Source of the DNA: an uncultured Chloroflexia bacterium
GTDB taxonomy: Bacteria > Chloroflexota > Limnocylindria > Limnocylindrales > CSP1-4
Assembly (NCBI GenBank): GCA_963833225.1
Contig: CAWHXD010000006.1
Span: forward strand, 128,001-192,000
Direction: 5' to 3'
Length of the DNA stretch: 64,000 nucleotides
Shown: positions 26,601 to 36,058 of the stretch, one piece after another
Layout of the letters: each line of letters opens with the position of its first letter
Position numbering within the stretch: the stretch's first letter is position 1
The notes under the pieces: generated by a model
The model's database searches: none
What the model saw: only the letters and a program-made list of their open reading frames with translations
What the model was told of the DNA's origin: nothing
Translations under genes and position numbers: made by a program

Positions 26601-28813
26601 ACGCTGAGGGCCGGGTTGTATGCTCCCTTGTCCGGGTCGAACGCGTTGGCGACCGGGGTGCACAGGTTGCTGTCGGCTGTCACGCTCAAGGTGAACGGCT
26701 GGGCGAGGCTCGAGACCCCGTTCTTGCCGTTGACCCGGATATAGAAGTCGCCGGTGCTGGTCCAGGTGTTGGACGCGGCATGCTCGGTCGCGAGGCCCAG
26801 GTTGTTCGACCAGGCGATGAGGCTGTAGACCTGGGCGGCGGAGAAGCTGTCCGGTGAGAACCCGGAGCCACTGAAGCCCGATCCACTGAAGCCGGACCCG
26901 GAGAAGCCCGAGCCACTGAAGCCCGAACCGCTGAAGCCGGAGCCCGAGAAGCCCGAACCGCTGAAGCCGGAGCCCGAGAAGCCGCTGCCGGAGTAGGAGT
27001 CAGGACTGAAGCCGGACCCGGAGAAGCCCGAGCCGCTGAAGCCGGACCCGGAGAAGCCCGAGCCGGAGAAGCCCGAGCCGGAGAAGCCCGAGCCGCTGAA
27101 GCCGGACCCGGAGAAGCCCGAGCCCGCGAACTCCGCGCTCAACTTCGTGAGATCCTGCTCGGCCGCGAGGGCATCGTAGGTCTGCTTGATGTCACGGAAC
27201 AGGTAGACGTCGTAGTCCTCGGGGACGTTCGAGAGGTCCAGCGTGACGCTGCCGCCCGGGACCACGTGGACCTTGAACCAGCGGGCCGTGCCGGGCTGGT
27301 CGATCCAGGTCCCGGAGGACACGGGCGTGCCATCCCCGCTGACCCGCAAGGCCCGCGGCCAGGTGTCGTTGTCGGGGCTGTTCACCACGCATGGTGAGAA
27401 GCCGGAGTAGCGGCCGGCCGGGCCAGTGACACGCGCCGCGATGAACCGCCGACCATCGCCGGGCACGCCATCGATCGAGTTCGGCGTCTCGTTGGCGGGC
27501 GTGCTCGGGTTGAAGAACGTGTTGCCGTTGTCGTCGGTGGTGACAGAGATCGCCCCAAAGTCCGTGGAGCCCTCGGCAGGAAAGACGCCGTCAGGGCACG
27601 AGGATGCGGAGGCGAAGGTGATCGTGTAGGAGGTGTTCGGGTCGGCGCTGATCCGGCCCGCATAGATCGTGGTGTCCGTGCCCGGTGCGTTGTAGGCATT
27701 GGTCAGCAGTGGCAAGCCGACCTCTGCGGGCGCTGGGACGGTGACGGAGATCGTCACATCGTGCGTGATCTCGCCAACCTGACCGCGGAGGACGACCTCG
27801 TAGTCACCCGGTGTCGCATCGGCCGCGGCGGTGACGCTGACGGTCGCCGTCGAGCTCTCGCCGTCATAGGTCGCGTCCGCGCTCACGCCGGTGGCGCCCT
27901 CGTCAGTGGAGGTCACCGAGGCGATGGTGGCATCGAATGAGGACCCCTCTTCGGTCAGGTTGACGGGGACGGCGCTGTCGCTCGACTGGCCCTGCTGGAC
28001 GAGCAGCGTGCCCGGATCCGGGTCACCGAACGAGAAGTCAGGCTCGGCGGCGACCGCCACCACGGAGACGTCGTCGAGGGCGATACCTTGCGAAGATCCA
28101 CCGGCGTCGGTCGAGGCGAATTCGATGGTCGTGCTCGTGCTCTCGGCGGCGCCCGTGAAGGACAGGGAGCCTGCCTGGTAGTTCATGTCGTTGGAGCTCT
28201 TGTCCGGCTTGATGGCGGTGAAGTCGTCCGCCGGCACACCCGCGGACACGCGCATCGAGGCGGTGTCCACCCCTGCCCCGCTCCCGTCCCAGTTCATCGA
28301 GTAGCTGAACGTCAAGATGTACTGCTGGCCTGGCGTGGTCGGGATTGCCTGGCTGATCGTGCTGGCACCGGGGCTCCCGTCAAGGTCGATTGACTGTTGT
28401 CCCTCGAACGCCGGCCAGTACGGCTCTTGAATGAGATCGATCGAGCCGCGCGAGATGGTCCAGCCGGTCAGCTTCGGATCGCCGGCGAAGATCGTGTCGA
28501 ACACTCCAGTGCGAGTGACCGTCGGCGACTCGAAGCTGCCGTTCTGGACTAGGTTCTCGGCTGGGACCCCGGGGTTCGACGCCAGCGCCGGGGCTGGCTG
28601 TGCGGAACCGGCGAGCGCCGGGGCCGGCACGAGTGCCGTCAGGCTCGTGGAGCCGATCAGGATCGCGGCGGCGAGGGCCGCCACGCGGTCCAGGACCGCC
28701 CAGGAACGACCGCCGTTCCAGCGTCCCCGATGTCCCCCGTGCTTGGCGAGGATCGGGCGACCGGGTTGCTGGCCGGCCGCGCCGGTCGGCGCGCGGTCGA
28801 AACGGGATGACAC
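23627..28813 (-). CDS. Large secreted multidomain protein: DUF642/choice-of-anchor-C-like, Ig-like, SGSGF tract, peptidase C25-like domain, Ig-like, C-terminal PxKF-like domain
   Basis: Signal-like segment; NLVQNGSFESP..SIDLDG..LDDVSV; YVVLAGGDNVLPF, PDLPVGRL, GGHF, SIGCHSG; FTGFFAPVD..AIPVKFSL..YQYNWKT. Confidence 0.8.
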   Translation of the reverse strand: MSSRFDRAPTGAAGQQPGRPILAKHGGHRGRWNGGRSWAVLDRVAALAAAILIGSTSLTALVPAPALAGSAQPAPALASNPGVPAENLVQNGSFESPTVTRTGVFDTIFAGDPKLTGWTISRGSIDLIQEPYWPAFEGQQSIDLDGSPGASTISQAIPTTPGQQYILTFSYSMNWDGSGAGVDTASMRVSAGVPADDFTAIKPDKSSNDMNYQAGSLSFTGAAESTSTTIEFASTDAGGSSQGIALDDVSVVAVAAEPDFSFGDPDPGTLLVQQGQSSDSAVPVNLTEEGSSFDATIASVTSTDEGATGVSADATYDGESSTATVSVTAAADATPGDYEVVLRGQVGEITHDVTISVTVPAPAEVGLPLLTNAYNAPGTDTTIYAGRISADPNTSYTITFASASSCPDGVFPAEGSTDFGAISVTTDDNGNTFFNPSTPANETPNSIDGVPGDGRRFIAARVTGPAGRYSGFSPCVVNSPDNDTWPRALRVSGDGTPVSSGTWIDQPGTARWFKVHVVPGGSVTLDLSNVPEDYDVYLFRDIKQTYDALAAEQDLTKLSAEFAGSGFSGSGFSGSGFSGSGFSGSGFSGSGFSGSGFSGSGFSPDSYSGSGFSGSGFSGSGFSGSGFSGSGFSGSGFSGSGFSGSGFSGSGFSPDSFSAAQVYSLIAWSNNLGLATEHAASNTWTSTGDFYIRVNGKNGVSSLAQPFTLSVTADSNLCTPVANAFDPDKGAYNPALSVKPGPITNTYDTIILTDTSRFGGLATSGMVAKLGDLASATNGHVVDLNAPGRVRDLQALADANTGCVWAKNLVAQAGKDIVDAYRKGNTSGGIKYVVLAGGDNVLPFFRYPDTSSIGPEVNYFPPVDGNSASEASLRSNYTLGQDTYGASASIPLGVIDFPIPDLPVGRLVETPTEIAGMVQAYLDQSVVTPSTSLVTGYDFIEDAALVIKGNLDAGTGQAGASLIDPYGAAPATGWNATALKSAFLGQRNDITFLGGHFSANSALAADFQTIMTTDDVLAASPSDLLKNTIVFSIGCHSGYNIVDGDGIPNVTRTLDWPQVFAKRQVTSILGTGYQYGDTDFIEYSERIYTEFSNQLRYAVGPNGSSPVGIGNALVASKLAYLKQTPAIGDLHQKALLESALYGLPMLGVDMPNRINPPAGSGAVALTSFGTEPGLTTGLRYADLDQSTPSVPQSKTLNVLGGGTLTATYYTAPDGRVHTASGAPVLPLYATSAKAADAGYVLRGIGFIGGSYTDSTITPLTGAPGTELQSAHTSFNSPTFYPTEMWSANYVDAVAGGGGVTLFTTPAQHRAPTPGSDTVTLRLYGDLKLRLFYSNSVADGSKSAPPAIYGITTDLQGGDTRISAHVVGDPRADVQQVWVTYTEPGSWLWKSFPLGRDGTDPSLWSGLNALAPGTQFMVQAVNGFGVVSRNDNSAAYYRAGVAASTPASSAIALSGAASGTYGTTASITATLTSSGNPISGKLVVVHLGSVTRSGVTDQNGQVKDLAIPLSAGAGTYPLSATFLGDDGLLPASASNLFTIAPAGSTVTVTCPATITYTGSPLTPCTARVTGAGGLDEPLSVTYTANTAVGTATASAVFYGDAAHSPNDGTSPFSIRWLFTGFFAPVDSQVLNRVTAGQAIPVKFSLGGDWGLSILTAGYPKSVTISCDSGAQEEIVDETVVVSSSGLVYSAGSGRYQYNWKTPKSYAGSCRQLQVGLRDGSVWTANFRFK
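26843..27130 (-). repeat. 15-nt coding tandem repeat: 19 pentapeptides (17 xGSGF, SPDSY, SPDSF)
   Basis: Seen directly; synonymous codons vary between units. Confidence 0.95.
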
Positions 28814-28963
28814 AGGGAGGCCTCCTCGGGTTCAGGCACCAACGCGAGGACGACGCGCAGGGGCAGCCAGGAACAGGGTCCCGGCGGTGCCGGCAAGTAT
28901 GTGACCTTTGGCAGGGTTTGTGTAGGCCGTTCGTCCCGCCCCGCGAAACGCGGATGCGCTCGC

Positions 28964-31900
28964 CTACGAGGAAGCGGTGCCAGGGGGCTCCACGCACAGG
29001 GCCAGCGCGAGGTCAACGGCCGCCGCCGCCTCACGCTCCAGCCCGCGGCCGAAGGCGGCCGCGGCCTCGGGCTCGCCGAGCGCGGCCCGTGCTGCCCGGA
29101 GCTCCGCCTCAAGCTCCGCCCCACGCGCGACGGGTCGCGCGGCCCCGATGTCGGCCCGCATCCGGTCGGCGGCGCCCAGCAGCTCGAGTCCCGTGGCCGG
29201 ATCGGCCTCGGCGGCGATCACGGCCACGTCCTCGATCACCTCCGCCAGGTCGTACGGGTCGTCGAGGCGCCCGAAGGCCCGGATCGACTCGGCGAAGATC
29301 TGGCGGGCACGATCCGTGTCGCCCAGCCCGCGGCGGGCCTTGCCGAGGTTGAAGAAGGCAAGCGAGAGGAGCCACGGGTCGCCGACCTCACGTGCGAGGC
29401 GCACCGACTCCTCGTAGCGCTCAGCCGCCTCGGCAAACCGACGCTCGTAGAGATCGATCACGGCGAGGTTGTTGAGCGACAGGGCGATCGCCCACCGGTC
29501 CCCGACCGCGGTGCGAATGGCCAGCGCCTCCTCGTTGAGCCGCCGTGACTCCCCGAAGTCGGCGGCATACTCGGCCACGATGGCAAGGTTGGACAACAAT
29601 CGGCCGAGCTGGTCGCGATCGCCGTGGCGCTCCCGGATCCTGAAGCTCTCCAGGTATCGAGCGCGCGCGTTCTCGTATTCCCCCCGCTGGGCGGCGATGG
29701 TGCCCGACAGGTGGAGGACAACGCCGATCCCGACCTCGTCGTTGAGCCTGGTGAACAGGGCACGGGCCTCGTCCACGTGGGCGGACGCCTCGTCGTATCG
29801 TCCCTGCTTGCGTGCGACCTCGGCGAGGGCGGCCAGCGCCTCGGCCTCACCGCGCTGATGGCCAATGGCGCGCGCCAGCGACAGGGCCAGCTCGTCGATC
29901 TCGGCGGCGCGCGCCCAGTCGCCGGTCAGCTCGTACGCCTTGCCCAGCGCGAGGCGGGCCCGCATGCACTCCTCGTCCTCGAGCAGCGGGACGAGGCGCT
30001 CGTAGTACTCGACGGCCGCCTTGTTGGCGTACGAGGACTGGGCCGCCTCCGCCGCCCTCCAGAGGTACTCCCGCCTCTTGTCTTCGAGGTTGCTCCGGTA
30101 GTAGTGATGCTCCAGCAAGGGCACGTGCCGCTCCAGGTCTCCGGCCCCGGTCCGCTCGAGGTGCTCGGCCACGCGGCCATGGAGGATGGCGCGCAGGGCG
30201 AACGGCAGGCTCTCGTATGCGACCTCCTGGGTCACGACGTGCTTGAACATCCACGCCTGGTCCTCCTCGCGATCGAGAACCACGAGGTCCAGCGTGCGCA
30301 GCGCGTCAAGGTGCCCGAGGACGCTCGGCAGGCTGCCGAGCTCCTCGTACGTGGCCGGCAGCATCGGGGCGGGGAACACGCGGCCGATCACGCTGGCGAC
30401 CTTGAGCGTGCGGCGCGGGCCTTCGGCGGCCGCGTCGATGCGGCTCAGGACCAGCGTGTGCAGGCTCTGGGGCAGATCGATCGCCTCGACGGCGGACGGG
30501 TCCGACGCGTCGATGCCGGAGGCCACGATGAAGTTGAGCAGCTCCTCGACATAGAACGGATTGCCATCGGAACGGGCAGCCACGAGCTCCACCAGGGCGT
30601 CCGACACGGTCGTGCGTCCGCCCACGAGCTGCTCCATCTTGGAGCGGGCGAGCTGGGCCACCTCGTCCGGTTCCATCCTGTCCAACACCAGCTCGGAGAA
30701 CCCGGCGAGCCGCTCGACCCCAAGCCCGCCGCCCGGCTCCGTCTCGGGACGATAGGCCAGCACGAACAGGACGGGCATCCCATCCGCCGCACGCGCGAGC
30801 ACTCCGAGCAGGTCACGTGACAGCTCGTCGATCCAGTGGCAGTCCTCCAGCACCGCGATCAGCGGCGCCTCGCCCGCCCTCGCCCGGAGGCAGGAGACCA
30901 GCAGGTCCTCGAGCGATGCCTTGCGCAGCTTGGCGTCGAACGTGCGGGTGAGCGGCGAATCGGGGATCGACAGCCCCACGATCTCGGACAGGAGCGGCGC
31001 GCGGGCGACAAGCGCCGGATCGATCGCCCCCAGGTATCGCTCCAGAGCGGCGACCTGACGATCGCGCGGATCGTCGTCCTCGAGGCCCAGCAGGCGACGC
31101 CAGATCTCGCGCCAGACGAAGTACGGTGTCTTTGTCCCGTAGGACTGGCACTCCCCGAAGGCCACGATCTGGCCCGTCCGGCGAACGTTTCGCACGAACT
31201 CGGCGACAAGCCGGGACTTGCCCATCCCGGCCTCTGCGGCGATGCCGACGATCCGGCCGTTGCCGGCCGCCACCTCGGCGAGCCGGCCCTCGAGCATCGC
31301 CAGCTCGCGCCGCCGCCCGACCAGCCCCAGCTCGAACCGCGTCTTGCGGCGCGAGGCCCGCTCCAGAGAGCCGGTGAGGGCCCACGTCTCGATCGGCTCG
31401 CTCTTGCCCTTCACGGTCAAATCCGGGATGCGCTCCCAGATGAAGACCTCGCCGGCCGCCTCGCGCAGCGCACCCGTGACGTAGATCCGGCCGGGCGGTG
31501 CCGCCGACATGAGGCGGGCGGCGAGGTTCACCGCGTCACCCAAGCAGACGAAGGTCCGGCGCATCTCGTGGCCATAGGTGCCCGACCGAAGCCGCCCCTG
31601 GGTCATCCCCACCTGGATCCCGGTGGCGGCGGTCGTCTTCCGAGGTCACGCAGCTCGAGGGCTGCGGCGGCGGCCCGCGCGGCATCATCCTCGTGGGCGT
31701 GCGGCGAGCCGAACACGCCGTACAGGTAGGCGCCCTTGTCCCCGAGGGTGAGCTGGAGCACGTTGCCGTCGTAGCCGTTGAGGACTCGCTGCGCCGCGCG
31801 GACGAACTCGTCCAGCTTGCTGATCGCGTCGTCATCGTCGTCGTAGTCGATCCCGCCGAACCGCAGGAACACCGGGATCGCCGGCCGGAGCTCGGCAAGG

Positions 31901-32700
31901 AACTCGCCGCGACCGGTCCGCAGCCGCTCGTAGACCGCGGGCAGCAGCCACGGGCGGACGAGATCCTCGGGCAGTGGCGCCGGCTGGTGGCCGGGCTCCT
32001 GGTCCACGTCCATGACGAGCGCCCGAAGCACACCGAAGCGCTTCCCGGTCTCGTCGCCGGTACGGACCTCGCGGATCGACACCCGCTCGCCGAGCGCATC
32101 GAGGGCCGAGGCGTCGAGCACGATCTCGCCCTTCTGGGCATGGTGCTCCGCCTCGGCGAGGTCGTCCATCATCCGGCCGGCGAGGACGTCGATCAGCTGG
32201 ATGTCCGGGTCGCCAACCACGAACCGACGGGCGCCACCCACCGCGATCGCCACCTTCATCGCGAGCTGCACCGTGTTGCCGCCCGGCGTCGTGATCGTGC
32301 CGGTGCGGGCGATCGCCTGCTGCATCGCGGTGGCCGCGGCGCAGGCCCGTGTTCCGTCGTCCGCGTCGATCCAGCACGTGATCGCGTCGCCGGCGAAGTA
32401 GATGACGTTGCCGTCGTACGCGTCCAGCTCCTCGATCACCGCGTGGAAGACGCGCCCGATGTTGGCCGTGAGCTCCTCGGCGCCGCGCTGCGGGCCGAGC
32501 TCGTCGGCCAGCGCCTCGGTGAGTGGCGTGAAGCCGCTGATGTCGGCGAACAGGGCGGAGCCTCGGACGCGATCCGGGAGCGCGTGGCCCGCGTGAAGGG
32601 CGCGCCGCCGGTCCCGCGGGATGTAGGCATCCGGGCGGTCACGCGCGAGGTCCCAGGCACCACGGTGCGCGGTCAAACCCTGCGCGGCGGGGACGCTCAT
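28964..32700 (-). CDS. Tandem class III nucleotidyl cyclase + STAND P-loop ATPase + TPR protein (one frameshift at ~31620-31640)
   Basis: LFADISGFT, FAGDA, GDKG..FGSPHAHEDD, GDAVNLAARLM, AEAGMGKSRL, LEDCHWID, GNPFYVEE, FKH, TPRs; ORFs 31603-32700 and 28964-31612 join. Confidence 0.88.
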
Positions 32701-32786
32701 GCGCCCATTGTCGGTGTTTCAGGCCCGAGCGTCAGCACACGGCGTGGCCACCGATGCCGGGTGGATCGCGACTCCGACCGGGCGCC

Positions 32787-33560
32787 TCAGAGTTCCCGGC
32801 GGCGGAACGCGGCGAATGCCCCGATCACACAGGCACCCACGATCACGGTCGTCCCCGCGATCGCGGTCGCCAGGTCGCCGGTGGCCACCCGCTCGCCCTG
32901 GCCGGCGGCCATGAGAGCCGCGGGCAGGGACAGCCCGGTGGGCAGCACGTGGTCCAGCGCCGGGATCACCGCAAGGAGGCTCATGACGATCAGCGCCACG
33001 AAGCCCAGGCCCGCGGCCGCCGTCGTGGAGCCGGTCGCGGCCGACGCCAGGAAGGTCAGCGCGGCCCACGCCACCAGTGCCAGCCAGGCAAGCACCGCGA
33101 GCACGAGCCAGCCCGCGATGGGCAGTGGCTCGAACAGGATGGCCGTGTAGATCCATGCCACGCCGACCCCGAGCGCCGTGCCGACCCCGAGCACGACGGC
33201 GATCCCGCTGAGCTTCGCCATCAGGAACGCCGGGCGGGTGGCCGGCTGCGCGAGGACCAGCGCCGCGGTGCCCCGATCCAGCTCGCCGGACACGGAGCCC
33301 ATTGCCAGCGCGATCGCGGCGAGCGCCCCCATCTGGCTCATGTTCTTGAGCAGCTGCTCGATGGCCGTGGCCGCCGTGGGGTCCGGGAGCGTGACCGGGA
33401 GCTGGTCACCCAGCGCCATGACCAGGATCTCGTTGAGGTAGCGCGCGGTGAGCGGCGACAGGATGCCGACGATCAGGAACAGGATGGCCACCGCCGGGAG
33501 CCGCCGCGTCCGCCACGCCTCGAGCAGCTCCTTGCGCAGGAGCACGCCAAAGCCGTTCAT
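32787..33560 (-). CDS. ABC-2 type permease (YxlG-like)
   Basis: LLRKELLE, 6 TMs, SGELDRGT..L. Confidence 0.85.
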   Translation of the reverse strand: MNGFGVLLRKELLEAWRTRRLPAVAILFLIVGILSPLTARYLNEILVMALGDQLPVTLPDPTAATAIEQLLKNMSQMGALAAIALAMGSVSGELDRGTAALVLAQPATRPAFLMAKLSGIAVVLGVGTALGVGVAWIYTAILFEPLPIAGWLVLAVLAWLALVAWAALTFLASAATGSTTAAAGLGFVALIVMSLLAVIPALDHVLPTGLSLPAALMAAGQGERVATGDLATAIAGTTVIVGACVIGAFAAFRRREL

Positions 33561-34936
33561 GCCACAGCCTCCGGCTGGTCACCCGTCAGCTGCAGGAACA
33601 CGTCCTCCAGGGTGGGCCTGGCGCGCGCCACCGACACGACGGCGACACCGGCGGCGGCGATCGCCTGCAGCAGCTCACGCGAGGCCCGTGCTGGGTCCGC
33701 CACCGCCACGGTGAGCAGGCCATGCTCGACGGCCGCACCGGTGACCCAGTCGACGGCCTGGAGGCGCCTGGCGAGCTCCTGGAGCTCGTTCACCTGGCCT
33801 GGCTCCGCCTCCACGCGGTAGACCGGCAGCGCGTAGCGGTCCAGGAGCTCCGCGAGGGCGCCCTCGACGACGAGCCGGCCCCGGTCCAGGATCGCCACGC
33901 GATCGCAGATCCGCTCGACGTCCGCGAGGACGTGGGTGCTGAACAGGACGGTGGCCTCGCCACGGAGCGACGCGATCAGGTCCAGGACGTCCCGGCGACC
34001 CCCGGGATCAAGCGAGCTCGCAGGCTCGTCCAGGATCATGACGGGCGGGTGGTGGACGAGCGCGCCCGCGATTCCGAGTCGCTGGCGCATGCCTCCCGAG
34101 TAGGTTCCCGCCCGGCGATCCGCGGCGGCGCCCAGGTCCACACGGTCGAGCGCGGTCTCGACCGCGGCGGACAGATCCGAACCGCGGAGCCCGTGGAGGC
34201 GACCCAGCATGGCGACCTGCTCGCGGCCGGTCATCCAGCCGTAGGCGCGCGGATCCTGCTCGAGGTAGCCGAGGCCGCGCCGCACGCCGAGCGGATCCTC
34301 CGCGACCACGAGGCCGTTGACGATCGCGCGCCCAGCGGTCGGACGGGTGAGGCCGGCAAGCAGCCGGAGGGTGGTGGTCTTGCCGGCACCGTTGGGGCCC
34401 AGCAGGCCGAACACGGACCCGTTGGGCACGGTCAGCACCAGCCGGTCGAGCGCGAGCACACCGCCCGGGTACCGACGGGTCAGCCCTTCGATGACGATCA
34501 CCGCCGGGCCCGCGGGTGTCGATGGCGGCGGTGTCCCGACGGCGACCGGGTCGACCCGGGCACCGCCGACGGTCCCCCCGGCCGACACGTCCGACGGGCC
34601 ACCGGGTGCGGCCTGGCCGGCACCGGGACCCGTGACGATCGGTGGGTCGTGCGGGCTGCCCCAACCCGGGGCGGCGACGGATCCGGAAGAAGTGTCCTCG
34701 GGTGACCTGTCCACGCGCCCGGCCAGGAAATACAGGATCGGGCCGATCATGTTGACGAACACGATGATCACGGCCCACACGCCCTTGTTGCCGCCGCGGA
34801 CCCGGCGGTCGTCGCGCAGGAGGTCGACGACCGCGGCGACCAGCAGGCCCAGCTGGAGCACCACCAGGGGGACAAGGAGCAGCAGGATCGTCGGGTCGAA
34901 GCCGTCCAGTGAGAAGCCGCCCAGCGAGTGGTTCAT
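33557..34936 (-). CDS. PLDc_N membrane domain fused to ABC ATPase
   Basis: N-terminal LVAAVVDL..KGVWAVIIVFVNMIGPILYFLAGR; GPNGAGKTT, YSGGMRQR, ILDEP. Confidence 0.85.
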   Translation of the reverse strand: MNHSLGGFSLDGFDPTILLLLVPLVVLQLGLLVAAVVDLLRDDRRVRGGNKGVWAVIIVFVNMIGPILYFLAGRVDRSPEDTSSGSVAAPGWGSPHDPPIVTGPGAGQAAPGGPSDVSAGGTVGGARVDPVAVGTPPPSTPAGPAVIVIEGLTRRYPGGVLALDRLVLTVPNGSVFGLLGPNGAGKTTTLRLLAGLTRPTAGRAIVNGLVVAEDPLGVRRGLGYLEQDPRAYGWMTGREQVAMLGRLHGLRGSDLSAAVETALDRVDLGAAADRRAGTYSGGMRQRLGIAGALVHHPPVMILDEPASSLDPGGRRDVLDLIASLRGEATVLFSTHVLADVERICDRVAILDRGRLVVEGALAELLDRYALPVYRVEAEPGQVNELQELARRLQAVDWVTGAAVEHGLLTVAVADPARASRELLQAIAAAGVAVVSVARARPTLEDVFLQLTGDQPEAVA

Positions 34937-35610
34937 GCGTCGTCCCCGGTCGGGCGCCGGTCGGGATCGGCGCGCCACTCCCGGTACGAGTACCCGAACG
35001 CGCCGACGATGGTCGCGATCAGCATCCCGGCCATGACCGCGAGCACCAGGGGCAGCTGGCCAGTGAGTGCGGCGGCGATCATCAGCAGGCCCGTCACCAC
35101 GAACAGCCGGCCAACGAGCCGGTGGGTTCGCTCCCACGAGCGCTCGCTGGTGAGCGTCCAGGGCGTCCGCACGCCGAACATGAAGTTGCTGCGGACCGTC
35201 CCCAGGACGTTGCCGATCAGGGCGATCAGGACACCGCCGCCCATGCCCACGACCAGCCCGATCGGGACGGCCACGCCCACGCCGGCAAGCACGGTGGTGA
35301 GGTGGATCACCCCGAAGAACAGGACCAGCGTGATCGCCATCGTCCGGTAGGCGCTCGCGGACCGCCGCAGGTGTTCCCTGCGCGGCTCCACCCGCGGGAC
35401 CAGTGCCATCAGGCCGATGGTCGCGGTCGTTGCCACGGGCATGATCAGGAACCCGACGAGCGCGGGAGCGAACCCGTCGGCCTGGCCATCCGCGTTCCAG
35501 TGGATCGGTACCGACGCATCGAAGCCGACGGCGATGAGGCCCCAGGCAGTGATCGCGGCCTCGAGGGCGATGACCACCCCGCCGGCCGTGTAGAAGCGCC
35601 GGAGGTTCAC
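34933..35610 (-). CDS. SdpI family immunity membrane protein (DUF1648 + SdpI)
   Basis: VPIHWNADGQADGF, GNVLG....N..FGVRTPWTL...SWERTHR. Confidence 0.88.
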   Translation of the reverse strand: MNLRRFYTAGGVVIALEAAITAWGLIAVGFDASVPIHWNADGQADGFAPALVGFLIMPVATTATIGLMALVPRVEPRREHLRRSASAYRTMAITLVLFFGVIHLTTVLAGVGVAVPIGLVVGMGGGVLIALIGNVLGTVRSNFMFGVRTPWTLTSERSWERTHRLVGRLFVVTGLLMIAAALTGQLPLVLAVMAGMLIATIVGAFGYSYREWRADPDRRPTGDDA

Positions 35611-35885
35611 TGGCTGGCCTCCGTGGGGTCGATCCCGAAGGTGTCGAAGAGGGCCATCAGAGCCTCCTGCAGGACGGTCTGGTTGAGACGGTAGGTCACG
35701 CTGGTGCCGGCACGCTCGGCCTGGACGAGCCCAGCCTCGCGAAGGACCGCGAAATGGCCGGACATCGTCGGCCACGAGAGCTCGAACTGGCCGGCGAGCT
35801 CGCCGGCGGTCATCGGGCGCTCCCGGAGGAGGCCCAGGATCCGGCGGCGCGTCGGATCCGCGAGGGCCTTGTAGACACGGTTCGT
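35607..35885 (-). CDS. SdpR-like ArsR family repressor (apparent ACG start)
   Basis: AGGAG-N7-ACG AAC CGT GTC TAC: (M)NRVYKALADPTRRRILGLLRERPMTAGELAGQFELSWPTMSGHFAVL. Confidence 0.85.
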   Translation of the reverse strand, partial: TNRVYKALADPTRRRILGLLRERPMTAGELAGQFELSWPTMSGHFAVLREAGLVQAERAGTSVTYRLNQTVLQEALMALFDTFGIDPTEASQ

Positions 35886-36058
35886 GGCGCGGCTCCTGTT
35901 TCGTCGAGCGACTTGTTAGGCAGCTAGCAAAATAGCACCGGGCGTCAACGCGCGTCGAGCCACGTTCTGGGGGGAGACCGCACGCCTACGCTGCTAGACT
36001 CCGGGTGCCGCGGACATGTCCCGTCGCGGCGATCCCACGACGTCCCCGGAGGCGCACC

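Noticed and set aside
35913-35934. SdpR operator palindrome
   Set aside because: AT-rich and well placed, but symmetry too weak to call.
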